From NCBI GenBank assembly GCA_951406725.2, contig OX597814.1, forward strand, positions 165,602,001 to 165,666,000: a stretch of 64,000 nucleotides of DNA, written 5' to 3'. The first letter of the stretch is position 1. Every line of letters begins with the position of its first letter. The position numbers were made by a program, and so were the translations under genes. A model generated the notes under the pieces. The model was not told the DNA's origin, searched no databases, and was given only the letters and a program-made list of their open reading frames with translations. Source of the DNA: Octopus vulgaris (lineage: Eukaryota). Positions 1 through 13,036 of this stretch are shown piece by piece.

Positions 1-91
1 CTTCTCCGCTTTCTTGTATTTTTTTTTATTTCTTCAGAGCAAAACGTCCTCAAGGCGTTTTTACCACCATATCTATAACAATTAGTCCTTT

Positions 92-508
92 GGATCTTTT
101 CGGTTTGAACGGCAGTTTTTAACATAATTTCTAGGTAACTAAAAAGTTTTAAACTTCGTATACTGATAGAATGTGTTTATAAAACATCTTTTTCTCTTGG
201 CTTTATTGAGAAAATTCTATAGTTTGTAAGATATTTGTTGTTTTCTTCTTCAATTTCTGCAATTTCAACCAATCAATTACGTCCATTGAGGTAAAAAAAA
301 CATTCTGTGCCGTATGAATATGTCCCTCGTTTAAGAAACAGATTGGGTTTATTTACATTTGTGAAGAAAAAAAGATACCCTTCCCCCACCCCTAACCCTA
401 ACCCTAAAACAGATTGAAATGCAATAGATCGATACTAGGGTCATATTTATGGGTGACAATTTCATATGACACCGCTAAAAAAAATTGCCGTTCAAACCGA
501 AAATATCC
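92..508. mobile_element. MITE / non-autonomous DNA transposon, GG termini, 8-bp TSD (Merlin-like)
   Basis: TIRs GGATCTTTTCGGTTTGAACGGCAGTTTTT (from 92) and AAAAATTGCCGTTCAAACCGAAAATATCC (to 508). Exact TSD AGTCCTTT at 84-91 and 509-516. Internal (CCCTAA)3 at 390-407. Confidence 0.85.
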
Positions 509-1059
509 AGTCCTTTTGTTCGGCACCATCAGTCTTATGCTCTTTGTCACTTAACCAAGCAAAGTTCTGGTTTGGCCCTGTAGCTTTCGAAGGTGATTAA
601 AACTTGCACATTCATTTTCATTTCTCCTAATCACATGTTTCTCTTCGGTACCTCTGCGCTTACCACCCACCCATATTGTAATACGGAAATATAGACCAGC
701 TAAGGGTGATCAGTTTTTGTTTCAAACATTAATGGTTTCTTTTACAATATTTTTTAATTATTTTCTGTTTTTGTCAGTTTTCTCTGTAATGATCAAGACT
801 TATATTGGAGAACCGGTTTTTACCAATATTTTGCGTTGAATATCAATTAACAATACTAAAAGTAAACTATATAAATGTCTTTTTTCACGGCCTGACAAAG
901 GTGGGAGAAAAATTAATAACAAACGACTTAACTTTCTTTAAATCAATTCCAATAATTTAACGAAGAAAATGCCATGAACTTTCGGAACAGTATCACAAAT
1001 ATTAATCCGGAAACGAGAGCACTTTGAGGTACAGCTGGAAAACACATAAGCCAATAATA

Positions 1060-1742
1060 ATGATTTCAAGTTTTGGCATAGAGCCAACAGTCTTAGTCGA
1101 TTACCTCGACCCCAGTGCTTAACTGGTACTTATTTTACTGACTTGAAACGGATTCAAAGCAAAATCGATCTCGGCAGAAATCGAACTCAGAATATAAAGA
1201 GTAGGAAAAAATGTCGCTAAGTATTTTGTCCGATGTGTTAACGATTCTACCAGCTCGCAACAGAGGTGTTGCTAGGTTCTAAAGTTAGTAGGGAGCGAAC
1301 ATATAAAAAAAGGCGCCGTGACAATTTTTAATTCATTTCTCTTATATTGTACGAAATGTTTCATTAGTTATAATATATACAGTTGCATTCTACGTTCATT
1401 AATTTCATGTTTCAGTAACAATGTCATTGCGTATGGAACTTAAAACTACTGAAATAGATGTGCTTTGAAAAAGATGAAACTCCACGGAGTCTTCCAGGTT
1501 ATGACGTCAGGGTTTGTTTTGTTTCTTCAGATATCAGAAGCCTCCGACACAACAAAGAAGATTCAGCAGACGATTAAAAAACATGAAAGGTCAGTCAAAT
1601 AGAGTAATAATTCAATAACTACTTCGACCCCAGTGTTTCTCTGATACTTGATTTATCAACCTCGAAAGGATGAAAAGTAAAGTCGACCGCGGTGGAATTT
1701 GAACTCAGAACGTAAAGACGAACGAAATGCTAACCCGTCGTC

Positions 1743-1778
<36 letters not shown>

Positions 1779-2350
1779 TTAATAATAGTTTCTACTAAGG
1801 GGCTAGTTAATTACATAGAACACCAGTACTTGACTGGTACTTATTTTATCGAACCGAAAGGGTGAAAGGCAAAGTTGATCCCGGTGGAATTTGAACACAC
1901 GCTAAACATTTCTTCAGACACGCTAATGATTCTGCCAGCTCGTCACCTTTATAATAAAAACGGCTTCTAATTTAGGGACAAGGAAATGAGTTTACTAGAT
2001 ATCGTCGATCCCAGCATTTGACAGATACTTTATTTATCGACCCTGAAAGAATGAAAAGCAAGGTATCGGTGTGACTGGAATTTAGAACGTAAAGAACCGG
2101 AATAAATGCTGCAAGGCATTTCCAATCCAACACCTTTAACAAGTGTTTCTCCAAGAGAAAAACAAAAACCATAACTGAGAAACCCACAACTCACTTTTGA
2201 GGGAAGATGGATAGATCGATTATATCGATCCCAGTGCTTAACTGGCTTTTTATTTTATTGACCATGAAGCGATGAAAGACAAAGTTGATTTCGATGGGGT
2301 TTGAATTCATAATATAAAAACTGGAACAAACACCAATGCTCTAACGATTC
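1060..2350 (-). mobile_element. Cluster of about five old, degenerate SINE-B copies
   Basis: Repeated variants of CGACCCCAGTG..CTGGTACTTATTTTATCGACCCCGAAAGGATGAAAGGCAAAGTCGAC..GAATTTGAACTCAGAAC near 1100, 1630, 1830, 2010 and 2230. Bounds approximate. Confidence 0.75.
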
Positions 2351-2382
2351 TAAAAATCCATAGATGTCGTTATTGTCGTCGT

Positions 2383-2835
2383 CTTCTTCTTCTTCTTCTT
2401 CTTCTTCTTCTTCCAATCAGGAGTCACGCCATCAACCACAAAGAATAATCTCTAATTTGAGCCTACTCTAAGCTACTAAGAATGCGTGTGGCAACTTGAA
2501 GATCCACCCACCACACGCGATAGACTGGCGGTTGCACGGGCGCGAAAGCTACGTTGTTATCTTCATTCCGTAAACGGTGGCTTTTAACGGGTGGAGAGCT
2601 GAACCATCCTGGGGTACAGAGGATTCGCAATCTAGACCATAGTGGGTTACACCATGGTTCCTCTGCTTTGTGACAGAAGTAGGAAGAAAGAGTGAGAGAA
2701 AGTTGTGGTGAAAGGGTACAGCGCAGTTCACCCCCCCACCCCACGCCGTAGCCTCGTGGAGCTTAGGTATTTTTGCTCAATGCCCAGACCGGGAATTGAA
2801 ACCGCGTTCTTACGACCGCGAGTCCGCTGCCCCAC
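2383..2835 (-). mobile_element. tRNA-derived SINE-C copy with (GAA)n tail
   Basis: Minus strand GGGCAGCGGACTCGCGGTCGTAAGAACGCGGTTTCAATTCCC..AGCTCCACGAGGC matches the head of the copy at 35152. Ends in (GAA)n. Confidence 0.75.
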
Positions 2836-3608
2836 AGTTGTTATTTGCTGGTTCTTGTGGTAGTGGTCATAATGATGATGATAGTGATGGTGATGGTAAT
2901 GAGTATTTCGTTTTTTTTCCGTAGTTCATTTATGAAGCCCATCAAGTCCACATTAGATGTTTTCAGTATTCTAAGCTCAATGTCTTACAAATGAGTTGTG
3001 GGATTCTCAGTCATGGTTTCTTCTGGGAGAAAGTTGGATTTTCTTCTACCCTTTCCCGCTTGCTTTCTCTTGAGATTGAGTTTTCTTCTTGGAGAAGTTT
3101 TCTTGCTCTACTCTCTGAACTCTGTATCTGCTTGTTTTCCACGTCCACCCTATTGTTACAAGATATTAAGGTGGCACTAATGGTTATGGTCAGTGTGGAT
3201 ACCTTAGTTGTCATACTTTTGGTCCTGAGCCACGAGGTGAGTTTTTTAACCATTTTCCGCACCTTTTGCTTGCTGTTGTTGCTGACTCTACTCTTGTTCG
3301 TTGCTCTCCTTCCTCCATATCTCTCCCTCTCCTTCAAACCTTCCTCTTTTTCTTTTTTCCCTCTTTCTCTTTCTTGTTCCCCATCTCAGGAAACCCGTTA
3401 AGTGGGATTTACCTCTGCAAGTGTAACAGCTGATCATTCTGCCCTACATCACCATATTCATTTTTTAAATTCTTTCTGCACTAACGACAGGATATAACCC
3501 GAAATAACTCTATAGTTTTCGAAAATCACTAGAACTTGTTAATTTCATACTTCTCCCTTCCGGTCACATAATCATTTTTCGTAACCTCTGCATTTATAAC
3601 CTACCATA

Positions 3609-3995
3609 GGCGTAGGAGTGGCTATGTGGTAAGTAGCTTGCTTACGGACCACATGGTTCCGGGTTCAGTTCCACTGCGTGGCACCTTGGGCAAGTGTCTT
3701 CTACTATATCCTCGGACCGACCAAAGCCCTGTGAGTGGATTTGGTAGACGGAAACTGAAAGAAGCCCGTCGTATATATGTATATATGTATGTGTGTCTGT
3801 GTTTGTCCCCCACCCCAACATCGCTTGACAACCGATGCTGGTGTGTTTATGTCCCCGTAACTTAGCGGTTCGGCGAAAGAGACCGATAGGATAAGTACTA
3901 GGCTTACAAAGAATAATTCCTGGGGTCGATTTGCTCGACTAAATGCGGTGCTTCAGCATGGCCACAGTCAAATGACGGAAACAAGTAAAAGAGTA
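3609..3995 (+). mobile_element. tRNA-derived SINE-A (CORE-like segment, internal TA/TG microsatellite), full length
   Basis: A box TGGCTATGTGG, B box GGTTCAGTTCC, CORE-like ACCTTGGGCAAGTG, internal (TA)(TG) tract, 3' end GAAACAAGTAAAAGAGTA. More than 12 copies in the window. Confidence 0.9.
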
Positions 3996-4379
3996 CTTAT
4001 ATAATGCTAAAAACGTGACGACTTGGGGAAACAGTGTCACGGGCTGCTACTGCCTTCACTGCAATGGCCGTGATTTTATAACAATGGTCTATCATTTAGT
4101 GTCCTCTAAATTCTGGCGCTATCTCCTCCTCAATCAGCAGATTATTCTCTCCAACTTTCAAATAATTTAGCAAATCCATCAGGAATTCGTTGACGTTTCG
4201 AACAACTATGAACTGAATGTAACTCTACGGAGATTGGGACACATTTCCTTGTATGTCTTACTTACCTTCGATCTGGAGCGTGTTTTTATCTTTTGTTGTT
4301 TGGTTCTTCTTTTATGTGTTTTTGTTTGCTGTCCTTCATAGTTTCTCATCTTTTCTTCAGTCTTCATTTCTCTTTCATC

Positions 4380-4900
4380 GGTGTAAGACGATGAGATTTA
4401 TTGTTGGTTGTTACCTCTAGTTAGCTCTTCTGGTGGGGAGCAGCCTCCTCACATTTTTGCTGCTCTGCCTCTTCGTCAGCTTCTGATACCCGCGATACTA
4501 AAGACGAGACGGTTCCCTCTGGCTGGGCAAGTGATCGGAGCTGCGACCGGTTGTACTGCAATAGCAGCAACTGCTGCCGTAGTTTTCGGGACTATTATTG
4601 TTTCTGCTGCATCTGCCATTACACATGTTTCCTTTACTTCCTTTGATTCTCCTCTGGAAAGAAAATCCTCAAGTGACCCTCGCTTTCACACGTGTAAACA
4701 ACAGAGCTTTCTGCCCTCAACTTTCAGTCTTACTATTTTCCTTTCTTTTCCCATAATGGGATACAGCTCCGAGATGGCCTTGTGGTTTTAGAAGGTTCCA
4801 GGAGGCTATTAATACCTTCATACCCACGCAGACTCACCCAATCACCTGTTGTTGAGCGTTAACTCCGCGAAACTCACCTGCCCGTACTATACCTGTCAAG
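4380..4900 (-). mobile_element. Decayed retroelement ORF1/gag-like fragment
   Basis: Minus strand reads EGRKLC then, after a frameshift, YTCESEGHLRIFFP, a degraded CX2CX4HX4C knuckle. Stops present; bounds approximate. Confidence 0.35.
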
Positions 4901-4914
4901 TGTCAACGACCATC

Positions 4915-4967
<53 letters not shown>

Positions 4968-5625
4968 CCCCCTCTCTCTCACACACATACAGTCAAGTGG
5001 TAAACTTAAATGATAACACACTTCTATCCTCGACTGAGTCAACAAGGAAGCTTCAACGTGGTCGTATAACACGCTAGAAATAGCCACAAAATTCCCTCAA
5101 ATAACATACAATCGTCTTCAAGAAGGAAGGAAACATTTAATCCTAGACATACAAAAGTTACCGACAGTTATTTATGGAACGTTTTTGATTACTGGTATGT
5201 TCAATTAAGGGCCAGGGAACTAAAAAGAAACAAAAACTCAACTGATATTTTGATTATTGCGACATAATCTAAGAAAGTGTTTGTCATAAAGTACAACATT
5301 GACTGAACCTTGGGTGGAGTGGTGACGCATTGACAAAACGGTCAGCTGGTCTACAGCTTAGTTTTTGTCCAACTTTAACTCCAAAATAATCCCTAAATAA
5401 ATCATAACCACTGTTGTAACAAGCATAAGGATTTTGTGATAATTTTCTTTGCAACCCCCTTCTGACAAACACTTCAGTGAGATGGTAACCAACAAGCGTG
5501 TGTGTATGTGTGTGTGTGTGCGTGTATGTGCGTGTGTGTATGTGTATGTATCTGTTGGGAACGGTGTATGTGTGAATTTGTGACAGTATGTGTGCCTCAG
5601 TGAGCGTGTACGTATGAACCATTGC

Positions 5626-5663
<38 letters not shown>

Positions 5664-6056
5664 GTGTGTTTGTGTACTTGTGTGTATATGTGTGTTGAAA
5701 ATGGTGTATGTGAAAATTTGTGAAATAATGTGTCTCAAGTGAGCGTGTGCGTATGAGCCATTGCCTTTATTTGAGTGTGTGCGTGCGTGTTTGGGTATCC
5801 CCTTGAATGCATGTGTGTGTGTGTGTGTGTGTGTGTTTGTGTGCGCGCGTGCGTACGTGTGTGTGTGTGTGTGCGTTTGTGTGCGCGCGTGTGTGTGTGT
5901 ATGTGTGTCGGTGTATTCGTGAATCATGAATACATTGAATGAGCAAAGACTTTTTATACATTAGTATATATGTGGTTTTAAATAGTAGTTAGAGGGTGAC
6001 AAGGCATTCATAAGAACTTTGCAGCCTCTCTCTTTGATCGGCGATATTGTCACAGA

Positions 6057-6288
6057 GGCGGTGAGCTGGCAGAAACGTTAGCACGCCGGGCGAAATGCGT
6101 AGCCGTATTTCGTCTGCCGTTACGTTCTGAGTTCAAATTCCGCCGAGGTCGACTTTGCCTTTCATCCTTTCGGGGGTCGATAAATAAAGTACCATTTACG
6201 CACTAGGGTCGATGTAATCGATTTAATCCGTTTGTCTGTCCTTCTTTGTCCCCTCTATGTTTAGCCCTTTGTGGGTAATAAAGAAACA
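6057..6288 (+). mobile_element. tRNA-derived SINE-B monomer, 14-bp TSD
   Basis: GGCGGTGAGCTGGCAGAAACGTTAG..GAGTTCAAATTCC..GCCTTTCATCCTTTCGGGGGTCGATAAA. TSD GATATTGTCACAGA at 6043-6056 and 6289-6302. Confidence 0.92.
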
Positions 6289-6741
6289 GATATTGTCACA
6301 GATCAGCTCAAACCAAGGCATCACAACTGCTGGTTAAAATATGCCTCAAAATTGTGGAAAACGGTGGTCTGGGCCGGTTGCTTTGAACAAAGTGAACTCC
6401 TCGCGCCCACGCGTATGTGTGTGCGCGACCGTTTCATTTACTAATCGTTGCTTTAGTCGTTGAACTTGAGGCTGCACTGGGACACAGCTTTCAAGAGTTT
6501 AGTCGATCAAATCGACATCATAGGACATCGTCGAATCGAGTACGCATTTTCACTTTGGTACTTATTTCATTGAAATTTATTTGTCGAACCGCTATGTTAC
6601 ATGGCATTATGTAAAAATACAAAAATACTGTTTGGTAGACCGGTGCAAGCTTGACTATAGACAAGGACATCAACAATATGGATAATATATTAATAAATAT
6701 GATTTACTATGTCGTGTGTGATTTAAATCCGTAATACTCAA

Positions 6742-6835
6742 TCTTCTTCTTCTTCTTCTTCTTCTTCTTCTTCTTCTTCTTCTTCTTCTTCTTCTTCTTC
6801 TTCTTCTTCTTCTTCTTCTTCTTCTTCTTCTTCTT
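6742..6835. repeat. (TTC)n microsatellite
   Basis: About 30 perfect units. Confidence 0.97.
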
Positions 6836-7770
6836 TCCCATCTTCCTCTTTCTTCCACCACCTCTTCATCCTTTCTATTTTGGTGTACATTCACTAGATT
6901 TTACGTAGAAGTCTACCTCCGATGAAGCTTACCACTCTTCTAGTTACATCTCTTCGCGGTCTTTTTATGGTTGCTTACATCTTATCTCCCTCCTGGCCAG
7001 TGACGTATATTTGATGGAATCTTTCTAAAGCTTTCCTGGTTGGACCGTGATTTTGTTCGTGTCATTAAGATACGTTTTTGTGTGATAAATGTCTTTGGAG
7101 GTCCATTCACTGCCAAGGTCCATGATGACGAAAATAACTCTAACTGTTCCTTAAGATGCTAACCGAATAAATGGAGAACCTCTATACAATAGCTCGAAGT
7201 CCGGACTGCTAGAAATAACCGGCAAATTTCTCTCAAAATCAATACCTACATTCTTGAAAAATAAACATTGCCATGTTACATATACACTCGCGCGCGCACA
7301 GGCACACACACACACACACAATACAACTCAAATTGCTATTTCTATAAATGTTTTTAATGATCTTCTGTGCGCTTCAGACTATCGCAAAGCATATGGCCGT
7401 AGATGCGGGATGAGCCAAACATGTATGCGCATTCTACTCTTACGCCTTACTATCCCTAAAGTGCAGATTCCAAACCGTTTCCACTTGATTTACTGAAACA
7501 AAAGGATCTCAGCACTGATATCACATATTCATTCGGATGATGATCTTCCTGATCTCAAAAGCGGCAACACCACACACACAATTTGTTATGTTTTGCAAAG
7601 TTCCGAAGAAAAATTTCTGTTATGTGCTATAAAAGAAATCCAACGAAGCACACAGAAATTAATCAATAGTTGCCGACATGGTTATAACATGACGCAAGGT
7701 TGTAAACGAGGTATTAAAATAATTTGCTAACTACATTCTTCGATATTTGTTATTACATCCATCCATCCAT

Positions 7771-7809
<39 letters not shown>

Positions 7810-8537
7810 TGTATATTTCAAGTGTCGTTGTAGCCATTTAGTCGTTTAAAATACAACAAAACTGTTATATTCACATCCATTTATTTCTTAATAGTATTGG
7901 TATTTATGAAACCTTTAAAAAATGAAACCTTTCAGTCGCGTGATCGCAGACAAGCGACAAAACATATACTTTAGTGGACAGCAGAATCAAGAAATAAATG
8001 ATGGTTAATGTAATAGCTTTTGTGTTCTTTGGCGGCTAAGATAACTTTTCCAATGTAGTATTAGCTTCATTTTTAATATATAATCTCTCATCGAGTCAGT
8101 CGACATCATTGGCTTCGCAACGATTTTAACACTGAGCGTTCCAATTGTTCAATCGACTGAACAATTTTATCATTGATTTATAAGTAAATAGCTGAGTGTT
8201 CTAAAGTAACCCGTAACCAGGCAAAGAGTGACTGCAGCAAAGCTGATTCCTTGAATTGTGGGTACAGTTTCTCTACAGATCGAGTTTATGTTTACTGTGC
8301 TTCTCTCACAAGCCTTGAATCCAAGATGAAACTATTGTAGAGGTCGCTTGCTCAAGACTGTATGCTATGTAACCAAACTCGAGACCTCTAGATTGCAAAA
8401 CAAACTACTTAAATATTCGTCATTGCCAGTATGTATACACACACATAATGTAGAGTCATACATACATAGGCACATACATATATGCAGTTGTGTGTGCATA
8501 TATTATATACATCCTCATATATATATATGTATGTATG

Positions 8538-8819
8538 TCACGTGACCACGTGACCGACCAGACCATCAGATGTTGTTACACATCGCTGGTCACAATGCAT
8601 TTGTATTGTTTTAGCCTTCAAATGACGCCACCCCACTGGCTAAGCGAGCAGGCCAATAGAAGAGAGAGTGAGAGAAATAGTGGTGAAAGAGTACAGCAGG
8701 GATCACCATCCCCTGCCGGAGCCTCGTGGAGCTTTAAGGTGTTTTCGCTCAATAAACACTCACAACGCCCGGTATGGGAATCGAAACCGCGATCCTAACC
8801 ACTGGGCCATTGCGCCTCC

Positions 8820-8820
<1 letters not shown>
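8538..8820 (-). mobile_element. SINE-C copy (second tail type)
   Basis: Minus strand TGGAGGCGCAATGGCCCAGTGGTTAGG..GGTTTCGATTCCC..AAAGCTCCACGAGGCTCCGGCAGG. Tail ends GGTCACGTGGTCACGTGA. Confidence 0.85.
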
Positions 8821-8852
<32 letters not shown>

Positions 8853-9028
8853 TGCATTTATGTAAAGTGTTTGGGTATTGTTACAGATACAGAAGTCAGT
8901 GCAGTCTCTAAGTGGGAGAGAAGGTTGGAAGAGCGTAAGGACAAGGAAGACTAGAGAAATTATGAAGAAAAATGGGTAAAGGGAAATGGGGATTGGTCGG
9001 AAAGAAAAAGGAGAATAATGATAGATAA

Positions 9029-9131
<103 letters not shown>

Positions 9132-9400
9132 GGGAGAAATAGGGAGATTGAATGGAAGGGTAAAAGAAAGTTAAGAGGTCATGTAGGAGATAAGGAGAGA
9201 ATTAAAAACTGAAAGGGTAACAAATCTACAACCACACACACAAACAGATACATAGGCACTCACACACTCATGCAGACAAGCACAGACAAACATATACACA
9301 TATCACACAAAAACATATATAAGTATATAAGCACACTGAAATACATATACAGACCCATAGAAACACAGTTCCGTACACATACACATAGTTATGTATTCAA

Positions 9401-9803
9401 GGCGCAGGAGTGGCTGTGTGGTAAGTAGCTCGCTAACCAACCACATGGTTCCGGGTTCAGTCCCACTGCGTGGCATCTTGGGCAAGTGTCTTCTGCTATA
9501 GCCCCGGGCCGACCAATGCCTTGTGAGTGGATTTGGTAGACGGAAACTGAAAGAAGCCTGTCGTATATATATATATATGTATGTGTGTGTTTGTGTGTGT
9601 GTGTTTGTCCCCCTTGGCATTGCTTGACAACCCATGCTGGTGTGTTTACGTCCCCGTCACTTAGCGGTTCGGCAAAAGAGAGACCGATAGAATAAGTACT
9701 GGGCTTACAAAGAATAAGTCCCGGGGTCGATTTGTTCGACTAAAGGCGGTGCTCCAGCATGGCCGCAGTCAAATGACCGAAACAAGTAAAAGAGTAAAGA
9801 GAG
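9401..9803 (+). mobile_element. SINE-A full length
   Basis: Near-identical to 3609-3995. Confidence 0.92.
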
Positions 9804-10497
9804 TTATGTATTCAATAATATATTAACAGCCTTAATCAAATAACTATGCACAGGCGGCGAACTGGCAGTCATGCATATTCAGGCAACCAATAACAGATAC
9901 GCATTCACCACATAATCGTATGACAAACAAATTGACACACACAGACATTCGCATACACATACACACATTCGAACAATTTACATACAGATACGCATATCAC
10001 ACATAATGAAATACCTAAACACTATTACACAAATAAATACCCACACGTTGTTTGTTATACATGCACATAGTCTGATACTGAGAAGTTGTTTCATAAACAT
10101 ATACTACACACACATACAAACACAGGTAAATAAAGTTTTCTTTTCAGAACCGGAAACATATTGAGAACTCGGTGTTGAGCGAGGGAGGTTCAAAATACAG
10201 ATATGTCGTGTATGTGACAAAGAAAGACATAACGAAAGAAAGAAAAGAAAGAAAAAAGAAAGTAAGAGTGGGAGGGATACGAAGTGGGATTATCATACAA
10301 ACGAGGTGAGACATCACAAGTACCAGGGGTTACTTATGCTGACGGACGTAAAATTTGGGTGAACCGAAAGAGAGAGAGAGAGAGAGATGCCACTGCTCCA
10401 CGTAAGTTTTATTGTTTTGTTAGTTGTTATTGTTAAACTCCGGTTCAACCTTATTATCAAAAGTGTTTCAACTGGAAAAATCTCGTCGTCTATATTT

Positions 10498-10568
<71 letters not shown>

Positions 10569-10610
10569 GTCTGTGTGTGTGTGTGTGTATGTGTGTGTGT
10601 GTATGCGTAC

Positions 10611-10830
10611 TCTTTTACTTGTTTCAGTCTACTCTGGCCATGCTGGAGCACCGCCTTTAGTGGAGCAAAGTGGCCCCAGTACTTATTCTTTGTAAGCCTA
10701 GTACTTGTTCTATCGGTGTCTTTTGCCGAACCGCTAAGTTACGAGGACGTAAACACATCAGCATCGGTTGTCAAGCGATGTTGGGGTGGAGGGGAAACAA
10801 ACACAAACATAAACACACAGACACAGACAC
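10611..10830 (-). mobile_element. SINE-A 3' half, running into an expanded CA/TA microsatellite
   Basis: TCTTTTACTTGTTTCAGTC..GGCCATGCTGGAGCACCGCCTTTAG..TTGTCAAGCGATG. Confidence 0.85.
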
Positions 10831-10906
10831 ACACACACACACACACATGCACACACATATATATATATATACACATACATACATAAACATATATGTATGT
10901 ATATGC

Positions 10907-10953
<47 letters not shown>

Positions 10954-11229
10954 TAGATATGCATATATATGTGTATATATAGATACATGCATATAAATAT
11001 AAATATATATATATACAAGATAAGAAAATGGAGAAATACATCTAAATCAAATATCAATTACCAGATAATACTCAATCACATACTTTATTAAACCACCACA
11101 TAAGAGACTGTAGGGTTAAATATAAAAAGCAGAACAAATCAGTGTACATAAAGGAATGTACATAAAAACGTGTACATAAAAGAGTAATATATCCCATGGA
11201 GGGTTGCATTTACAACCCCTATCTCATTT

Positions 11230-11285
<56 letters not shown>

Positions 11286-11333
11286 TATATACATATATAT
11301 TGCTAAACTGGCAATATGACCATTCCGAAATAT

Positions 11334-11374
<41 letters not shown>

Positions 11375-11839
11375 TGTATATATACATACATACATATCTA
11401 TATGTATATACACACATACACACACATACGCTGGTTTTAATAAATAAAAAGAAAGAGAGGTAGAAAGAGTGATGCAGGAAAAAAAGGATTGGTATTAAGG
11501 ATAAAATAAGGTATATATATCCTTAATACCAATCCTTGTTTTCTTCCCTCACTCTCTCTACCTCTCTATTTATTTTTCTTTCTTTTTACCCCTTAATAGC
11601 CACCTCCTCTACCACCTCCGCGTTTATTTCTGGGTATTTACACTATTAAGACTTTAACCTACATGGATTTACACAGGATGGCACCTAAGAACTTATGGAC
11701 TAACATCTACACGATCGGAAAGTTGAACTGTGAACTTTTATGCTTCTTTTTTCTTCTCTTTCTTCATCTCCTTATTCCTTTTCTCCTGTCCCCTCTGTCG
11801 TCCCTTTATTAATCTATACCCTTCTCATTTTCCCTATTT

Positions 11840-11895
11840 GTCTCCGATGACGGAATATCCCATACTCTGGGATATCTCAGAAACGGCTATAAGAC
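11840..11895 (+). ncRNA. Degenerate type-I hammerhead ribozyme motif in a Penelope-pLTR-like element
   Basis: GTCT-CCGATGA-[ATATCCCA/TGGGATAT hairpin]-GAAAC-GGCT-ATA-AGAC. Stem I GTCT/AGAC; two substitutions (U4C and GUA to AUA). Confidence 0.55.
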
Positions 11896-12109
11896 TGAAT
11901 TTTCCCAATAATAATAACGTATATGACTTGAGATGTTTGTCTTGCCTTAACTTTCGTTGTCCTCTTTTACAATTATATATCCGCTATATTGGAAATCTAC
12001 AATGGTTCCATAACTCCTGTCTCGTCTATAACATTGGAGCCCTGGCAATCCGTTATAGCACTTACCCCGCGTACCTAGTAGATCACTTGTGAACTAAACT
12101 GCCATATTT

Positions 12110-12152
<43 letters not shown>

Positions 12153-12248
12153 CGGGAAGCTTTATGAAAATAAACAAAAGACGAAGGCAGGTGGAGTACA
12201 AACAAACAATTGTATTAGTATGGCGCTCAGGAATATAAATAAAACAAG

Positions 12249-12286
12249 TCTTTTACGTTTCGAGCCCGCGCTCTTCAACAGAAAGA
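12249..12286 (-). ncRNA. Minimal hammerhead motif (A6U variant) in an element abutting (TA)n
   Basis: Minus strand TCTTT-CTGTTGA-A-GAGC-GCGG-GCTC-GAAAC-GTA-AAAGA: 5-bp stem I, 4-bp stem II, palindromic ACGU stem III. Confidence 0.65.
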
Positions 12287-12516
12287 TACACAGAAAAGAA
12301 ACACGGAGAGAAACAAGGAGGGAAAAAAAATGCGTGCAGAAGCTATATATAGATTAATCAGCCGAAATTGCGAGGATGATCCGGTTCTTGACTGAAGATA
12401 AAAGGCTTCAAATGACCCGTCCGTGTTTTTTTTCTTGTATCGTCTATCTGGATGTTTTGTTGTCCCCTTTTGTATCCCCTAGTTGTCTGGATGTTTTGCG
12501 TTCTTGTCCCATTTTG

Positions 12517-12556
<40 letters not shown>

Positions 12557-13036
12557 TCACATAGAATAATATATCTCTTAAAATTAATCATCAGAGGCAA
12601 ATAGCACGCAGCTATATAACACATGCGTACATTCCTTACTCTGTACTGAAAGTGTAAGCAAATTTTATTCCTCTACTCGTTAGGTTATATTTTGTGCATT
12701 CTTCAGTTGAACTCAAGGTAGATGCAATGGCTAAATACATTAGTATTTTCATTGAAGTTGAAAAACATTGAAAACTATGTTTGTCTAGCATCAAAAAGCC
12801 TTTACTGAATTATGTATATTGAATGTCAGGCCTTAAATAAGCATTTTCACAATTATATGGAAGTTATTTACCTTTTATATTTAAGTTTCAATATTTATAG
12901 TTTTACATTGCGTAAGTACCGAGTCGTTGGAAAGCTCTTAATTTGAAAGATTATTATTTAAAGAAGATCTACTATTCCTATAATTATAGGTATGTTGTTA
13001 ATGTTCACTGTCGCCAGCGTTATACGATTCGAAGTA

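Noticed and set aside
1416-1589. Exon-like stretch with TTCTTCAG acceptor and AG|GTCAGT donor
   Set aside because: No recognisable protein and no partner exons found.
3478-3520. Hammerhead-like remnants here and at ~38100, ~42705 and ~59900-59975
   Set aside because: Two or more core changes and poor stem I pairing; too decayed to count.
7254-7496. Possible terminal exon (DYRKAYGRRCG...)
   Set aside because: No homology recognised and a weak acceptor.
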